A DNA stretch of 63,835 bases, counting the filler, from Reclinomonas americana ATCC 50394 (taxonomy: Eukaryota), in NCBI GenBank assembly GCA_048213135.1. It is 16 parts of 16 records of this genome, joined end to end, with 100 filler letters (N's around TTAATTAATTAA, not from the genome) between each part and the next. Parts side by side here need not be neighbours in the genome. Positions count along the whole stretch, not along the records: positions 15,191 to 26,630 come from AFZH01018341.1; positions 26,731 to 30,615 come from AFZH01018342.1; positions 30,716 to 32,693 come from AFZH01018343.1; positions 32,794 to 37,727 come from AFZH01018344.1; 12 more parts are not named here. One strand, 5' to 3'. The stretch's first letter is position 1. Every line of letters begins with the position of its first letter. The position numbers and the translations under genes are program-made. Below the pieces are notes generated by a model. The model made no database searches. It was given only the letters and a program-made list of their open reading frames with translations, and was not told the DNA's origin. Below are positions 24,801 through 36,368 of this stretch, one piece after another.

Positions 24801-26505
24801 AGCACGGTACCATTTCCACATGAGAAACGATGGCTCAAAAGCAATGACACATCCACCCCGTCTTACCTCGGTATGATGCATGCATGGTTGCTTCTCCGCG
24901 TACAACTCGCCGCATCTCGCACACGTCGGCGGCGGCGGCTATACAAATAAAACTAAGCACATGATACACAACGTTGGTGTTCCCAGCGATTGATGCCGCA
25001 ACTGGTGCTGCCGTTGGCGTGGCCGTCACCGGTGCCGCCGCCGCAGGTGGTACGGCGGTCACTGTGCCTGCCGAGGCCAGTCCACCGACAATGGACGCCG
25101 CCACAGCGTGTGACGCCAGCGCGCCCTGTGTGTACATGTGGAGGGAGAGAGATTGACGAGAGGGTAAAGAGGGATTGTGATGGAAATCGACAAACCTCAA
25201 TGGCACGCTGTCCTCGCGCGACAGGAGCACCGCTGCCGATACTGAGTGCGGCAATCTGGGTGAAGATGTCGTTAGGTCACAGAGAATTGCAGAAAGGAAG
25301 GTGCCTGATTGCAGCGTACCGCTTTCTCACGAAGTTGTCGCTCATCTTGCAGCGCCTTCTCAAACTGCGCACGGAGGTGTCGGAAGCATACACACAAGAT
25401 GTGAAGCAAGACATGTCATTCACCTCGCGCCGGAAACGATTCATGCGATCGGACAGCTCCATAAACCGCTCCTCCAGCACCCGCCGCTCCGCCTCGTTCT
25501 CGTCGGCTCGTCGCATGGCCTGGAGTGGACATCAACAATGAATGAAATGCATTACACAAAAGAATAGGAACCACAGTGCCGTCTGTCATGCGCTCGCACC
25601 TGATTCAATATCTGCACCATCAACAAGAAAAAGGGTCAGCGAAAAAAGATCACGGATGTGGCATGTGCGCCAGCAACGCAACGTAGCGAAACGCCGGCTC
25701 CGCGTGCACCACATGGCACTCTTGTTCGTGTGCCGGCTTGTCCGCGCCAAGTCCCTCCCATTCGCAGCCAATGTCCCACGCGCGGCACTTTTGTGGTAAC
25801 CGCGGACACGTCACATCTGCAACACATGATGAGCTCAACGAGAGCACACCCCTGATAAGAATGAAACGTACCGACGTGCCGCTGAATTTCGCCGCGCGCA
25901 AGCAAGGCCCCACAGCCGCGAGAACAGGGGACATCACGGCATTGCGCCTCGCGGTGTGCGGTCACGAAGCGGAGGGTGCCGGTGGCGCCACAACCCTGCG
26001 GGCACACATACATGCACTCGTCCCAGGCGTGGCGATTGTAGAAGTCGCGAATGCACTGGACACAAAGGGGCAGCGTGTGAGCGATGACGACACGAGCTGC
26101 AATCCCTCAACCACGCGCACCAAGCGTTTCTTGCAGCGCCGGCATTCAATCTGCCAAATACACAAACATCAGTCTCGTCGTGCCTCCGCGGAAGAGCACA
26201 CAACCAACCTCGAGATTCTCGTAGTTGCGCGCATTGAAAGCCGCCGGCATCTGCGCCGAACTGATCGAGGTCAGACTGCCGTCGCCGCACCAGTTGCGCC
26301 CCTCCTCCGTCAAGTGCGATCTGCAACGAAACACATGAGCGAGGGCCAGAAGCCAGCACCGTGAAGCCAGAAACGAACCGACAGAGAACGTGCTCTCCCG
26401 CGGCACAAAAGCACCACTCACGGGAGCACAAGTCCTGCGTGACGAGGATTAGAAATGCATACTCGGTACGTCCGCCAGCCGCTGTCTGCAGATATCGATC
26501 TCCAT
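21848..26505 (-). CDS. TRAF-type zinc-finger protein with coiled coil and a C-terminal Cys/His module built partly from 35 microexons
   Basis: Likely ATG at 26505. Zinc fingers IECRRCKKRL..HAWDEC, VCPQGCG..HREAQC, VPCSRGCG..IQRHVDVTC and KCRAWDIGCEWEG..HEQEC, then coiled coil (ERRVLEERFMELSDRMNRFRRE) and Ala/Pro linker. Exon 24938-24867 gives PPPPTCARCGELYAEKQPCMHHTE, the microexon array follows, and the last exon 21931-21848 gives TFTWECCGSTDINAKGCKRSQSHVEES-TGA. Confidence 0.8.
21995..24788 (-). other. Array of 35 phase-0 microexons (29 x 3 nt, 3 x 9 nt, and one each of 12, 15 and 18 nt)
   Basis: Repeated YAG|NNN|GT(GAGT/AAGT/GCGT..) junctions separated by 57-96-nt introns. The exons are listed in the first finding. 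Confidence 0.88.
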
Positions 26506-26545
26506 GTATCTCTTTCATTCTCTGTCTCTCCGTCTCTGTCTCTCT

Positions 26546-26589
<44 letters not shown>

Positions 26590-26730
26590 CCTACCCTACC
26601 CTACCCTACCCGTACCCGTCCGTACCCGTANNNNNNNNNNNNNNNNNNNNNNNNNNNNNNNNNNNNNNNNNNNNTTAATTAATTAANNNNNNNNNNNNNN
26701 NNNNNNNNNNNNNNNNNNNNNNNNNNNNNN

Positions 26731-27135
26731 TTCGGAGGCCGGATTCGATTGGCTGGAGCCGGAGCCGAGGGCGGCGCGCGGGGTGCCATTAGCGCTCGAC
26801 GTGCCCGACACCACCGTCTCGGCGCTCACGCTGGAGGCGTCGTTGGCGCCGCCGGCGTCAGAGGCGGCGGCTGACAAGTGGCGGGAGGCGGAGCTGCCGA
26901 CGGCGGTCGACACGGGGGTGTTGATGGTGGAGGAGGCGGCGGCCGAGGCAATGTTGGCGTCGGCGCCTTCGTTGGTGCTCTCGCTCACGCTGCGACGAAG
27001 GAGAAGGGGTGAGAATGGGAAGGGGATTAAGGGAAAGGGGTGAAGGGGAATAAGGGAAAGGGGTGAAGGGGGAATAAGGGGAAGAGGGAGAAGGGGAAAG
27101 GGGGGGAAGAGGGAGAGAGAGATACTCGGGCACAT

Positions 27136-27220
<85 letters not shown>

Positions 27221-27545
27221 TTCTTCTTCTTCTTCTTCTTCTTCTTTCTCTCGTTCTTCTTCTTCTTCTTCTTCTTCTTCTTCTTCTTCTTCTTCTTGTT
27301 CTTGTTCTTCTTCTTCTTCTTCGTCTTCTTCTTCTTCTTCTTCTTCTTCTTCTTCTTCTTCTTCTTCTCCTTCTTCTTCTTCTCTCTCTGTGTCACAGGT
27401 GGATGTGAGCGGGCTCTCACGGGCAATCGACTCTGTGGCCGCTGGTCAGGCGTCGACCGAGTCGCACTTGGCGGCGGCGGAGTCGTCGTCGGGTGCGATT
27501 CATGCGGATGAGGCCGCGCATCAGCAGCGCACGAATGCGTTGGAG
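26731..27545 (-). CDS. Fragment of a Ser/Ala-rich low-complexity protein, runs into gap
   Basis: GC-rich exon-like blocks at about 27545-27420 and 26990-26731, separated by purine/pyrimidine microsatellite introns. Confidence 0.4.
27136..27390. repeat. Compound (CTTT)n/(CTT)n microsatellite
   Basis: Directly visible. It is the source of the poly-K and poly-F ORFs. Confidence 0.95.
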
Positions 27546-28488
27546 CAGGGTGAGTGAGGGAGGGAGAGAAGGAGAGAAAGAGATGGGGGAGACAGACAGA
27601 GAGCGAGAGATAGAGAGAGAAAGAAACAAGGGAGGCAATGAGAAGACAGAGGAGTGAGAGAGAAGGGAGAAATGCAATGAGAAGACGACAGAGAAGGAGA
27701 GAAAGAGCGATGAAAGATTGAGAAATACAGTGAGAAGACGACAGAGAGAAAGATTGCGGAGACAGACAGAGAGCGAGAGAGAGAACGTAATGAGCAATGG
27801 AAGACAGAGGGAGACATGCAGACAGTCAGACAAGCAGACAGAGAGAGAAGACCTGTCGTGCATCACTCGTCTCGGAGAAATCGGAGGTCGTTTCTCTCTC
27901 TCTGTCTCTCTTCTCTCTGTGCGTGCGTTCTGTGCCGTTCTCTCTCGCACTGTGCATGTCTTTCGTCTTCGCTGTGGGGGCGGGTGATGCAGTACGTGCT
28001 GGGCGGAGTTTAACGCGTTTCTGTTGGGTTTCCGTGCATGAGCTTTCTTCAGTCTGCCTGGTGAGATTGCTCATGGCGGTTTTGTTGCTCTTCTGTCTCT
28101 GCAAGGTCGTCTGCCACTCTGTGCCCTCTTTGATGCATGCTTTACTTCTCCGTTGCTGAATTATTCATGTTGTGCACTTTTTTGTGTTCCCATGTCTGTC
28201 TCGCTGGCAAGCGTTTCGTTTCCGAAAGGCACTTCAGAAGGCATCAAAACCGCTGGTCTCACGTCTCTTTCTGTATCTATATTGCTCTTTTATCTCATAA
28301 GCCGCCCTTTTCCTGCTTTTCTTTCTCCTCTCTGCCGAGTACTCTGGGTCTTCATAGTTAAGAATGCTTTCCTCAAATCTTTGCTCTGCACCACTTGTCT
28401 CCACTTTTGTGCTTTTGTCTCGTCTGCCTGTTCTCCCTCCCTCTTCTCTTTATCTACTCACTCTGCCCCTTTCCCCGCTCCTCCACAG

Positions 28489-30513
28489 GCGTCGACTCCA
28501 CAGCGCAGCACATCAGTGAGCAACTGGCGGCGGCGCGTGCCGACTGGGAGGCACAAGTGGCGCGTGCTCGCGAAGAGGCGCTGGCCGGAGCCTCGGGATC
28601 CCCCTCTGTTGGCGTCGGAGATGGGTCTCTGTACTGCGTGACAGGCGCCACTGGTTTTGTGGGTGCGTGTGGCTTGTGTCTTTGCCGGTGCACGCGTGCA
28701 TGTGTTCCATATGCTCACGCGAGAGCGGCACGCAGCCGGGCATGTGATCAAGCTTGTTCTGCAACGCGGTGACCGAGTGCGAGGTTTGCTTGGCGCACGA
28801 CGTTTTCTTCCTCTTCATGTCCGCAAATCGATACTCACCTCACTCACTTCGGCAGGCACCGTTCGCAGCTTGGCCAACGAGGCCCGCCTCGCTCACCTGC
28901 GCGCACTGCCGGGTGCCGACGAGCGCCTCGAGTTGGTGGAGGCTGATTTGCTGGCCGACGGTTGGTCACATGCTCCGCTCGTCTCGCTGAAATCGTCTCG
29001 TCTCTCATGTGTGTGTGTTGTGCATGTGAGCAGGCAGCTTTGATGCACCTCTCGACGGCGTTGCGTTTGTTTGTTATTGTTACTGGAGGCGTTCGCTGCC
29101 CGCTGACGATCCTGTTTTCTGCAGTGTGTTGGCGTGTACCACGTGGCATCTCCGTTCTTCTACGGCGCCACGGACCCGCAGAAGCAGCTGATTGAGCCCG
29201 CTGTGCAGGTTTTACTTGTTGCACGGATTTTCCTCTCCACTCGCCCTCAATCCATCTCTCCCACAGGGAACATTGAATGTGCTGCGCTCCGCCGTCAAGT
29301 ACCCGGCGATCCGACGCGTGGTTCTGACATCGTCTATCGCTGCCATCACGAGTGCGTTGAGCAACAGCTGTGCGCCTTACTGTTCGTTGGTTGTTGCTCA
29401 CTCACGTGCGTTCCACAGACATGCAACCGTATCACACGGAGGCCGACTGGAACACCAAGTCGACACTGGAGTCCTCGCCGTTTCGTAACTTATGCCACCA
29501 TTCTCGATACTCTATCGGCACAAATTGTACTCTTCGATGTTTGTGGGCTCACGCGTTATGTTTTTTGGATTATCATCCTCTCTCTTCTTTTTTGTTTCTC
29601 GCAATATCGTGCACTCTTCCGGTCTTTGTGGCCACACCATCAGCCTTCTTATTCGTCTGATTGCATGCGCATTTTCGTTCCTTTTGTCACGCGGTATGTG
29701 CTGGTCGTCGCGTGATCTTCCCATCTTTGTGGCCTTCGCACATAATTCTTGCGTTTTGTTCTCTCCCCTCTTCGCCATCATTTTGTTCCATCATCCTCCC
29801 CCTTCGCCCTCCCCCTCTCACTCCTTCCCCTTTTCCCGTCCAGCTACGCCCTGAGCAAGCGCATGGCCGAGGAAGCCGCATGGAAATTCATGGAGGAGAA
29901 CAAGCCGAGTTTCGTCCTCTCCGTCAACAACCCATCGATGATTATTGGCCCCGTGATGAGGTGTGTCCTTCTTCCCTGCCCTCCTCCTCCTCCTCCTCCT
30001 CCTTCACCGCGTCACTCACTACTCCATCAGCGACGACACGAGCGTCGTCAACACCTCCTCGACGATGCTGCTGGCCTACCTCAAGGGCGACCATCCGCGC
30101 ATCAAGAGCGCCTACATGTCGTATGTCGACGTGCGGGACGTGGCCCTGGCGCACGTGCTGGCCATGCACCACGAGCCGGCCAGTGAGATTGCCTCGCGCT
30201 TCATTTGCACCATGGGCCCGCCGCTCACCGACCAAGAGCTGGTGGCGACCGCTCATGAGAGTTTCCCGCAGTTTGCACTGCCCACCGAGGTGGTGGACCA
30301 GGTGCGTACAAGAATGCACCATCTGTCTCTCTCCTATTCATGGCGCTGACCGTTTTGTCTCCTCGCCGCCAGCCTCTTCCACTCCGCGCTGTGTTTGACA
30401 ACCAGCGCATTCGCGACGTGCTGAAGGTCAACTTCATCGACTTCAAGACCTCGGTGCGCGACAGCATTGCGTCGTACATTGACAAGGGCCTGGTCTCCCT
30501 GCCCCCGGCCTGA
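28489..30513 (+). CDS. NAD(P)-dependent epimerase/reductase (DFR/CCR/aldehyde reductase-like extended SDR), multi-exon
   Basis: YCVTGATGFV, GTVRS, ERLELVEADLL, DGCVGVYHVASP, LIEPAVQGTLNVL, RVVLTSSIAA, catalytic YALSK and VDVRDVALAH. TGA at 30511-30513. Confidence 0.92.
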
Positions 30514-30715
30514 ACAAGTGATCTGCTTGTTGTTTTTGTCTTTTTTTTTTACGATTCCAACAAGAGTGGGGAAAAAAAGTACACACACATATGCAGTCAT
30601 CCTCTTGCTGCGCCANNNNNNNNNNNNNNNNNNNNNNNNNNNNNNNNNNNNNNNNNNNNTTAATTAATTAANNNNNNNNNNNNNNNNNNNNNNNNNNNNN
30701 NNNNNNNNNNNNNNN

Positions 30716-31200
30716 CGTACGAATACAGCGACGACGTGAGTGAAAGAGAGAGGTCTATCGTCTCAAGAGTGGCGGGAGTTGGCGAGAGTGAGCACGGAAG
30801 CTTTGCCGCAGAGAGACAGAGAGAATGAGAGAGAGAAAGAGAAAATGAGAGAGAGAGACAGAGAGAAAACAGAGACGACGAGAGTGGAAGAGACAGGTCT
30901 CGTCAAAGAGTGCAGGACTCGGCACAGAGTGGAGAGAAGGAACACAAAAAGCTTTGCCCAGAGCGAGCGAATACAGCGACGACATGAGTGGAAGAGAGAG
31001 GTGTCTATCGTCGCAAGAGTGGTGTGAGTTGGCGAGAGTGAACACGAAAGCTCTGCCGCACAGAGTGAGAGACAGACAGAGAAAGAGAGAGAGAGAATAC
31101 AGAGACGACGTGAGAGGGAGAGGGAGCTCTCATGTCAAATTGCGGGAGGTGGCGAGAATGCACGAAAGACACCACCGCAGTCGAGGAATACGACAACGAG
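30716..31200. repeat. Diverged approximately 250-bp tandem duplication in an IFT57 intron
   Basis: CGAATACAGCGACGACRTGAGTG..TCTATCGTC..CAAGAGTGG..GAGTTGGCGAGAGTGARCACG at about 30720 and 30968, with a partial third copy near 31095. Confidence 0.75.
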
Positions 31201-31506
31201 AGAGGAAGAGACAGGACTCGTGCCAGAATTGCGGGAGACGGCAAGAATGAATACACGAAAGCACTGCTGCGACAGTGGCAACAACGCCGAATAGTGGTCG
31301 GTGAAAGCAGATGGAAGAGTGATGAGAATGCATGTGAAACCCGTCGAGGCGCACAACAGCAAACAGACTCAGAAGACATAAGCAACTTAACAGAGTAGTG
31401 GCAGGATAACAAGAGCAAAGTGAGCAGCACGACAGAGAAGAAGGAATAGGGGTGGTTGCACAAGACTACAGTGACGCATGACACCCTCCCTTCTCCTCCA
31501 CGTTAC

Positions 31507-32609
31507 CTCTCGGAAGTTCTTGATCTGATCAATGTGCGCCCGCCAGTCCTTGGGGTCGAGTGCCACACGCAGCGTCAGCTGCGGTGCCGCGTGCTCCAAC
31601 TCCAATTGCCAGCCCTCAGCAGTCATTCCGGCAATGCCGGCGGCGCCAGCGGGTACGGACGACGCACCAGCACCGGTTCCCGATGGCCCTACGCCACTGC
31701 CGTCCCCTGCACCGCCAATGCCCATCACTTTTGCCGCGCCCGCTCCCTTTTTCTTGTTGGCTCCCACGCCCGAACTACCGGCACCGCCACCGCTGACGCC
31801 GCCCACGTAGTAACTCATGTCCTCGCCGTCGTCGGAGCTGCTCTCCACATCGTCGGCGATCTCGTTGCCGTATTGCCCGTCGGCCGAGTCCTCCACCTCA
31901 TCCTCGGGCGCCACCTCGTCCTCGGCAATCGGATCGTCCTCCGGGTGCGGGTAGATCGGGCTCTCGAACGGGATGGGGATCTTGCGGAAGATGAGGTCGC
32001 ACAGGTTGTTCAGCACGGCACACACCTCCGGTCCGTTGCCGTTGCGCATTTTCTGGTTGGGGAAGTCGGGTGACCAGCCGATTTCGCGGAGCTCGTTGTC
32101 TGGGCAGGGGGAGAGGGTGAGAAGAGGGAAACAGAGCAAAGGAGGACAGGAGGAAAGAGGTTGCGTGTGCATAAGCTATCCGAGCTTGTCGACATCCCAA
32201 GACGAAGAAACTCTGAGATTGGCGTGGTGTGGCAATCCCCATTCTTCGATCCCTTCCCTCTCCCACTTCCACGCCCATGTACGCAACAGATTCGAGCGCA
32301 CACGTCGCTCGCAGTCTCCAACTGATCGGGCAAGTCATACGGTCGCTCCGCCAGCTGGAAGAGCCACGCTGTCAGCGTGGCAAAGTGTGAAAACTGCTCC
32401 TGCGGTTTGGGCGACGGCATGGCAAAGTAGGTGCGCGCAAACGCCTTGATGCCACTGTGCACAGGCGCGCGTGAGAGGCAGAGAGAGAGAGAGAAGATGG
32501 AGAAGGAGAGTGTGGTACGCAACAATCGCTTGCAGAATTCTTGCTCGTAGCCGAGGATCTTGAGCTTCTCCAGCACGAGCTCCATGGTGTTGAAGGGTGT
32601 TACATCGGG
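31507..32609 (-). CDS. IFT57: Intraflagellar transport protein 57 (N-terminal half, remainder presumably in gap)
   Basis: MELVLEKLKILGYEQEFCK, YFAMPSPKPQEQFSHFATLTAWL, DFPNQKMRNGNGPEVCAVLNNLCD and WQLELEHAAPQL..DPKDWRAHIDQ. Confidence 0.93.
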
Positions 32610-33274
32610 CTGTGGGAAGGGAGAGAGGAAGTGAGGAAAAGGGAGAAGAGGAAGGAGAAAGAGCCGAAGAAGATGGAAAGAGAGAGAGACAGANNNNNNN
32701 NNNNNNNNNNNNNNNNNNNNNNNNNNNNNNNNNNNNNTTAATTAATTAANNNNNNNNNNNNNNNNNNNNNNNNNNNNNNNNNNNNNNNNNNNNGAGAGAA
32801 AGTCACGGCTCACATGTGTGATCGTTGACTGATGATCTCGCCTCTCTCTCTTTCACACACACACACACTCACACGCTCTCGCACACTCTCATTCACAGAG
32901 AGAGAATCGCAGTGTGTTACCGTTGACCAAGGGTGATCTCTGACTCTCTCAGATCGCACGAGGCAGGGCGATCAATCACGCTCTCTCTCTCTCTCTCTCT
33001 CTCTCTTTCGTTATACTTCCTCCTCAGTTCTTGCTTCCCTCCCTTGCTTCTCATTCTTTCTCACACTCGTTATTCTAATTGTCTCACTCTTCATCGCTCG
33101 CTTGCTCTTGCTGCCCTCTCCCTATCACTCGACTTCCTCTCTTCCTTCCTCCTTTCCCTTCGCTTTCTCCCTTCCTCACTTCTTATATCTCTCTCTCACT
33201 ATTCCTCGCTCGCTCCCGTCCTTCTTCCCTTCTCGCCCTCACCTCCTCTTCCTCTCCTTCGTCCCTCTCAACAG

Positions 33275-35849
33275 GGGCGTCGGCAAGTCATGTCTCGTGT
33301 GGCGACTGCGCGACAATATCTTCCTGCAGAACGCGCAACCATCCACGCGCGGTGAGTTAATCACGGTCTGCGACGCTCTTTCTCGAGGGACTTACCAGCG
33401 TGTGCGCACACAGTGAACCTCACGTACAAGCACATCAAGGCCTCGGCCGATTTTCACGTCCACACGCAGGTTCGTCGCCGTGCATGCCTTCCTTCGCATC
33501 GCTATTCTCAATCTCCCTCCCCTCTGAGCAGATCTGGGACCTGCCAGGCGAAGAGGGCGTCGACTTGACGCACCTGACCATGGCCAACGTGCACGCGGTG
33601 ATTCTCATGTTTGACGTGACGGATCGTGCCTCGTTTGAGTCGCTCTTCTTGTGGCACAAGCACGTATGTCGACATTACCCGGCCGAGGACAATCCCGCAC
33701 AGTCCTCCATCCCGTTGCTGCTGCTGGGCAACAAGGTGAGTTTGCTTGGGAAAAAAGTGATTGTCAGTCTGCCAGCTGAACCACTCGCGATGAGTAGTGT
33801 GAGGTTACGCAAAGCAGCTGGGCCATGACGGAGGAGGAGATCACGGGATTCGCACAACAACTCAACGTGTACGAATGGTGCGCACGGTGATGAGTGAGTT
33901 TCTCGCCATCTCCATATCACTCCCCGTCATCTCTCCCCGTCATCTCTCCCCTCCCCGTGTCCTCTGTCTTCCTTCTTCCCTCCACTCGTCGTGCACCCTT
34001 CTCCTCATTTCCTCATCAGGGACTGGCGCTCTTTCAGTTTCCATAACCTCTTCCCTCTCCCACTTCTGGTTTCCCTCCAGCTCTCTTCTCTTCTCGTCCC
34101 CTATTCCCTCACTTCTCTTCCCTGTCTCCCTTTCCCTCTTCTTTCCACTTCCCTTTGCCCATCTCCTTGTTTTTTCGTCAGGAACATGGTGCTCTTTCCT
34201 ATCCTTTACGCCTTCCCGCCGTCTCTCCTTCTCCCTCTCTCTCACTTTCTCTGTATCTGTATATCCAACGATCTCTCTCCCTCTTGTTCCCCGCTCTTCC
34301 CACTTAACCCCATGCTCATTCGTCTTCCTCCCCATCCTCACTTCTCCTCGCTTCCCCTTCTCCTCACTAGGGACCTGGTGAGCGTCAAGGACGACCTTCG
34401 CGTGTACCAAACCTTCAAATTCCTCGTGCGCAAGGCCGTGCACACACTCCACGAGCAGCGCACCAAGGAGGCGGCGGTGGAGGACCCGGCGCTGCGCGGT
34501 GTCGCCATTCGCCACGCCATCATCTTTGGTGTGCCACTCGAGCGCGTGGCACTTCGCGAGGAGGGCATGCCCGCCTGCATCGACGCCCTCATCCGCTTTC
34601 TCTTCCGCCGCGGCACGCGCAAGCGCTACATTTTCCGCATTCCCGGCAAGCTGCACGAGGTCGTACGCCTGCGCCAGTGCTGCGAGATGACGTCCGAGCT
34701 GCCGCTGGACGATCACACCGATGTACACGCGGTGGCCTCGCTCCTCCTGCTGTACTTGAAGGAGCTCCCGTCAGCGCTCTTCCCCGAGTCGCTCAACATT
34801 GATCTCTTTAGTGCTGCTTGTTGCGTCATTAACGACAACTTGGTGGGATGTGTCCATTGTCTGTCTCTCTTTCCCCCTCTCTCTCACACACACATGCACT
34901 GCGGTAAGAGAATCGGCGGCGACGGTGTCGACTCGTATCGCAGCATGGGCGCATCCATCTCTCTCTCTCCCCTTCCCCCCTCTCTGTCTCTCATTTCCTC
35001 CCTCCACCTCACTTCCCTTCCCTTCCCTTCCACTCACGTTATTCCTACTCCCACAGTCACCGAGGACGAGGACCTTCGCGCCGACATTCTCCGCCGTGTG
35101 ATCGACCAGTGCCCGCCCGTCAACGCCAACCTCATCAAGATCATTCTCGAGCTGCTGTACACGGTGGCGCTGCACTTTGAGGAGACGCAGGTGAACTCGA
35201 CGCAGCTGGCCACTGTCTTTGCGCCAGCCATGGTCCGCGTCAACAGGTAAATCATCATCACTTGTTGGCGAAGACGCATCAACAATTTCCGCTCACCGCA
35301 ATCCCATCTCCTCACAGCGCCGAGCTCACCGCCGACCAGCGCTACGACCAGGCACAAACGGCCATTGCGTGCGTGCAGTTCCTGATTGAGAACTGTTTGG
35401 ATCTGTTCGACTATGGCGACCAGTACGACGACGATGACGACGACGAGTATGGCTCGTGGCACTCGGCGTCGCCGCCAGAGTCGCCCACCGAGAATTTGCA
35501 TCAGGCGCTGGCGCGCATTCGTCGCGAGCGCCGCCACAAGACCGTGGCCCTCCAGCGCTCCGTCATTCACCAGCTGCGCGAGGTGCCGAGCGACGACGAA
35601 GAGGAGGCGTACCAGCCGCGTGCAGCAGCGGCGCACGGCTTCATCATGGGCATTCGACCCGACGAATTCCGGCCGCCGAGTGAGGACGACGGTCGCGAGT
35701 ACGACGAAGATGAGGAGGGCGACGACGACCCTCAACGGCGATATCAGCACGGCCGCGCACCCATGGTGCCAACACCACCACCGGCGCCGCCAGCGACGGG
35801 CAGTAAGTGGCGCAATCGGCGGCAGGGTGGATTGCCCAGTATGACATGA
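33275..35849 (+). CDS. Ras-superfamily GTPase domain fused to a RhoGAP domain, multi-exon, 5' exon unresolved
   Basis: P-loop GVGKSCL, IWDLPGEE, ILMFDVTDRASFESL, LLLGNK|CE and SVK. The same exon continues into IFGVPL..PACI..YIFRIPG..DVHAVASLLLLYLKELP, then QLATVFAP and an acidic tail. Confidence 0.87.
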
Positions 35850-36368
35850 ACGATCGCGAGGAGAAGTGAAGCGCGTTTTTGTGCGATGTTTTTAAAAGGA
35901 TAGGAGGCGGAGAGGTCTATGGCGACAGAGCGAATATCAGATGAACTCGCCACTGTGGCAGCAGTCATGAGGAGCGAGCGTGGCCACGATCTTCGCCGTC
36001 TGTGCTCTTCTGGACGAAGGACGATCAAGCGATCTAGCTTGTGACCGCAGCACTTGTCCAAGCGCACTCGATCGACTCCGGAGAACAAATTACAAGACGA
36101 GCGTGCATAAGCTTCGCTGCAAAATCGACTCGTGTTCATGCATACTTCGACTTCGCGATCGACTTTCTCGTTCCCTTTTTTGCGCAACTTGGTTTCTGAC
36201 TCTGACCACCCACTATCCTCTCACGGGCAGTGCTGTTTGAACGAGTGAAGTTGGTAGAAGTCAACTGCAAAGTCCCCGGCATGAGATATCGAAAACCGGG
36301 CCATGTTCGGTCCTCACTCTCTCAATCTCCACTTTGTGCTTGTGTGCGTGGTGCACGCGTGTGTGCGT

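Noticed and set aside
21932..24866. Recent introner (intron-generating transposon) burst as the origin of the array
   Set aside because: The introns share no visible similarity beyond splice signals and show no terminal repeats. An ancient origin of this kind cannot be excluded.
26589..26630. (CCCTA)n as a telomeric repeat
   Set aside because: Only a few pentamer copies that decay into CCCGTA next to a gap, so it is a simple repeat.
26683..27511. Poly-Lys and poly-Phe ORFs
   Set aside because: These are translations of (CTT)n/(CTTT)n microsatellites. The same applies to the K/E/R-rich ORFs at 42558-43052.
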